Positions 60,930 through 64,000 of a stretch of 64,000 nt of DNA are shown piece after piece. The translations under genes and the position numbers were made by a program. The first letter of the stretch is position 1; each line of letters begins with the position of its first letter. Under the pieces are notes generated by a model. That model ran no database searches and was not told where the DNA came from. It worked only from the letters and a program-made list of their open reading frames with translations. Source of the DNA: Myxococcales bacterium. GTDB taxonomy: Bacteria; Myxococcota; UBA727; JABDBI01. The stretch is taken from assembly GCA_023248545.1 (NCBI GenBank), contig JAHFEF010000001.1:150329-214328 (forward strand). The letters run 5' to 3'.

Positions 60930-61615
60930 GAAAATGCTTGTTGGGTGTTTCTGTATTTTTAGCTTGTTATGCCGCACAGGCGGTGACTTTTTTCGAAATT
61001 GCGACGGCAGGAACACAAAAAAAACGAGAAGAAATTATTGCGAGCCAATTTGTTCAAGATATGTCAAAGGGCGTTTTGAGCCAAGCGCGATTTAGTTATT
61101 TCAAGACCGAAGATAAAAAATATGTTTGGCGCTACTCGGATAATTTGATGGTTTTAGCGGCCAAAGCAGGTGATTACAGAGTTCGATCATTTTTGCAACA
61201 AGCAGCCGTTGACTCGACCAAAGAATGGAATGGTCCTCGGCCGACGGATATGAGCCAGTGTCCTTCTTGCTTGGCTTACTCTAATTTTGAGGCGGCTTCT
61301 GTGGCTCATTCTTTTGCGGTTGGAATCGCTGCGCTTTTGCCGTGTTACACAGTTTATTGGGAAGTCGGAAATTGGCTGAAAGGACATTCGGTTCCCCACA
61401 ATCCCTACCAATTTTGGATTGACGCCTATTCTGAGCCTGGTTCCCATAAGCATGTCGAGGACATGGTTTCTTTTGCGAACGAAATTTATGAAATCAGTAC
61501 ATCTGAGGTCCGTGAAAGTATGCTGAGGGCCTATATTTTCTCGACGATCTATGAGCTGCAGTTTTTTGATAGCGCCTATAACTTGATTCAATGGGAGACG
61601 ACTCATGCGCAATAG
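60926..61615 (+). CDS. tenA: TenA-family thiaminase II / aminopyrimidine aminohydrolase
   Basis: AALLPCYTVYWEVG (catalytic Cys) and YELQFFDSAY align with B. subtilis TenA. Confidence 0.8.
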   Translation: MRKCLLGVSVFLACYAAQAVTFFEIATAGTQKKREEIIASQFVQDMSKGVLSQARFSYFKTEDKKYVWRYSDNLMVLAAKAGDYRVRSFLQQAAVDSTKEWNGPRPTDMSQCPSCLAYSNFEAASVAHSFAVGIAALLPCYTVYWEVGNWLKGHSVPHNPYQFWIDAYSEPGSHKHVEDMVSFANEIYEISTSEVRESMLRAYIFSTIYELQFFDSAYNLIQWETTHAQ

Positions 61616-62882
61616 CGATTTGTACTCCAGGGCCTGTCAAGTGATTCCCGGCGGCGTGAACAGCCCCGTACGGGCTTTTCAAGGCGTCGGTGGTACACCG
61701 GTGTTTATGAAACGCGGTGAAGGCTGTCATGTGTATGATTCCGAAAACAAGCGTTACACAGATTATGTGCTCTCGTGGGGGCCGTTGGTTTTAGGCCATG
61801 CGTATCCCAGCGTTGTAGAGTCTATTATTCAAACAGCACGGCTTGGCACCAGCTTTGGGGCGCCGACTGAGCTTGAAGTTGAGTTAGCCGAGCTCTTGGT
61901 GAACCAATTTGAGTCGATAGATAGGATTCGGTTTGTAAACAGTGGGACTGAGGCGACGATGAGTGCCCTGAGATTAGCGCGTGCTTATACTCAGCGAGAC
62001 AAGATCATCAAATTTTCTGGCAATTATCATGGCCACGCCGATATGTTGCTCGCTCAAGCAGGCAGCGGCCTGGCGACGCTCTCTATGAGTTCTTCAGCAG
62101 GTGTGCCAGAGAAGTCCGTCCAAGATACGCTGGTAGCGCCCTATAATAACTTAGACGTCGTCAGAGAATTATTTTCAGCCTATCCGGGTCAAATCGCTGG
62201 AATTATTGTCGAACCAGTGGCGGGCAATATGGGTTTAGTATTGCCGAAGCCAGAATTTTTGACAGGCCTGAAATCACTCTGTGAACAACACGGTGCTTTG
62301 CTGATGATGGACGAAGTCATGACCGGGTTCAGGGCGGCCCTGCCAGGGGCCCAAACTTATTTTGGTGTGGACGCCGATATAACTTGTTTAGGCAAAGTGA
62401 TCGGTGGTGGGTTACCGGTGGCTGCGTATGGGGGCAAGCGCAAAATCATGGAACAGGTGGCGCCGCTCGGGCCCATGTATCAAGCAGGGACTCTCTCGGG
62501 AAACCCCCTAGGTATGGCAGCGGGATTGGCGACGGTCAGGGCGCTGTTAAAGCCAGGCGTGTTTGAGAGCGCTGCGGCCCGATGCGAGCAGTTAGTCTTG
62601 GGCATTCGTGAGATGGCTGCTCAGAAAAAAATACCTGTCCAGGCGAGCTCTATGGGCACAATGTTTGGTCTGTATTTCTTGAAAGAGCCAGGCGAAATTT
62701 CTAATTACGAAGACGCCAAAAAATTAGTTGATTCAGAGCGTTATTCGAAGTTCTTTCACAAGATGCTGGAGCTGGGGCACTATTTTGCACCGAGCGCATT
62801 TGAGGCCGGATTTGTGAGTGCAGCGCATACTGAAAAAGATATTCACGAGACACTGGATGCAGTTTGCCAAGCTTTATTGTAA
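61605..62882 (+). CDS. hemL: glutamate-1-semialdehyde 2,1-aminomutase
   Basis: VIPGGVNSPVRAF. Aminotransferase class III. Confidence 0.9.
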   Translation: MRNSDLYSRACQVIPGGVNSPVRAFQGVGGTPVFMKRGEGCHVYDSENKRYTDYVLSWGPLVLGHAYPSVVESIIQTARLGTSFGAPTELEVELAELLVNQFESIDRIRFVNSGTEATMSALRLARAYTQRDKIIKFSGNYHGHADMLLAQAGSGLATLSMSSSAGVPEKSVQDTLVAPYNNLDVVRELFSAYPGQIAGIIVEPVAGNMGLVLPKPEFLTGLKSLCEQHGALLMMDEVMTGFRAALPGAQTYFGVDADITCLGKVIGGGLPVAAYGGKRKIMEQVAPLGPMYQAGTLSGNPLGMAAGLATVRALLKPGVFESAAARCEQLVLGIREMAAQKKIPVQASSMGTMFGLYFLKEPGEISNYEDAKKLVDSERYSKFFHKMLELGHYFAPSAFEAGFVSAAHTEKDIHETLDAVCQALL

Positions 62883-62891
62883 TCTGGGCGC

Positions 62892-64000
62892 ATGCAAATT
62901 CAGATCGCTAAATTCGGTGGATCGTCGTTAAACGAATCGCGTTATATCGCCAAGGCCTGCGATATTATCCAACAAGCGCCCAAAGGCCTCGTGGTGGTTG
63001 TTTCTGCGATGGGTGGGATCACGGATTTATTATTGCAAACGCCGATCCCTGTTGGTATTTTTTTAGAGCGCCATTCCCAAGCTGCACATGAATTAGAACT
63101 TGGGGCTGATTTTCAGGCAGTGCTTGAGTCCGCGAAGAAAGATCTCAACGTGGCCCAAGGTGAGCGCGTGATGGCACAGTTGGTCACGGCGTTACTCAAA
63201 AAACGAGGCGTTCAAGCTGTTTATGTCGACGCACCCGAGATCATCAAAACACGCAACGGTCCAACAGGGCTGATTCACGACCCTGTTGAATGCTCAAAGC
63301 GTATTCAAGAAAAAATCAAGCCGTTGTTAGAAGCCGGCAAACTACCTGTCATACCTGGATTTATAGCGTCGGGTCCAGAGGGACAATGGGTGACCCTAGG
63401 GCGCGGCGGATCTGATTACACGGCGACCATTTTGGCCGCTTCTCTTTCCGCAGAACGCGTGACGCTCTATAAAGAGGTCGATGGGCTGCTCACCGCGGAT
63501 CCAAAATATGTACCCAAAGCTCAGCTGATTCCAGAACTCTCGTATCAAGAAGCTGCTGAGTTGTCTTTTTACGGCGCTAAAATCCTGCACCCCAGATCGA
63601 TTATTCCGCTGATTAAGCCGCGTATTCCCCTGTATCTCAAGAATACTTTTAGGCCGGAAATGCCGGGGACAAAAATTTCTCACGAGGTTTCGAAAAGCAG
63701 ATTGCCCGTGCGAGCACTCACGGCGATATTGGGTCAGTCGCTGATCTCTGTCGAAGGCTGCGGCATGATGGGTGTACCCGGCGTCGCTATGAGGACTTTC
63801 AAAGCCATGAGCGAGGCAGCTATTTCGGTGAGCTTAATTTCACAGGCGTCGAGTGAAGCGTCGATTTGTTTTACGATTCCAGCGACTGATCAGGTTCGGG
63901 CGCTCGATGCTCTCAAAAAGGAGTTTCAGTTTGAGCTTCAAAATCAAGTGATAGAGCGCGTTCAAGGCTTACAACAAGTTGCCATTGTGGCCGTCGTAGG
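62892..64000 (+). CDS. lysC: aspartate kinase (3' truncated by window end)
   Basis: MQIQIAKFGGSSL... Runs to the window edge and is not in the ORF table because it has no stop. Confidence 0.8.
   Translation, partial: MQIQIAKFGGSSLNESRYIAKACDIIQQAPKGLVVVVSAMGGITDLLLQTPIPVGIFLERHSQAAHELELGADFQAVLESAKKDLNVAQGERVMAQLVTALLKKRGVQAVYVDAPEIIKTRNGPTGLIHDPVECSKRIQEKIKPLLEAGKLPVIPGFIASGPEGQWVTLGRGGSDYTATILAASLSAERVTLYKEVDGLLTADPKYVPKAQLIPELSYQEAAELSFYGAKILHPRSIIPLIKPRIPLYLKNTFRPEMPGTKISHEVSKSRLPVRALTAILGQSLISVEGCGMMGVPGVAMRTFKAMSEAAISVSLISQASSEASICFTIPATDQVRALDALKKEFQFELQNQVIERVQGLQQVAIVAVV

Overview
Chromosomal window of about 50% GC, from a deltaproteobacterium-like organism. It reads as possibly Bdellovibrio-like, but that is only an impression from gene content and codon style. 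Around 60 genes are tightly packed. Housekeeping genes include tsaB, an SNF2 helicase, mpl, holA, aconitase, rlmI, lipA, tRNA-Met(CAT), glyA, dcd, aroQ, cydAB, hemL and lysC. Between them sit accessory blocks. (1) A toxin-antitoxin/defence island at 0-4.5 kb holds AbiEi/AbiEii, an AbrB-type antitoxin with a RelE/HigB-like toxin, and an AAA-ATPase with a PD-(D/E)xK (DUF4143-like) tail. A second such ATPase-nuclease lies at 21.9-23.1 kb. (2) Several genes encode secreted proteins built from eukaryote-like modules. These are a frameshifted papain-family protease, a bulb-lectin protein with Stig1-like Cys repeats, an FG-GAP lipoprotein, and two paralogous Cys-rich proteins (one with ephrin-receptor/furin-like repeats) that are bracketed by a 42-bp direct repeat. 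The set also includes a leishmanolysin (M8)-like metalloprotease with a translationally coupled small membrane protein, and a collagen-like protein with TSP3 repeats and nested tandem repeats. (3) A two-gene acyl-CoA carboxylase (biotin carboxylase plus a carboxyltransferase-BCCP fusion) sits next to a copper amine oxidase lipoprotein. (4) A thiamine salvage operon (thiM-thiE-thiD-tenA) is led by a ThDP-dependent enzyme and a FabH-like KAS III gene. No CRISPR array, IS element or integrase was seen.
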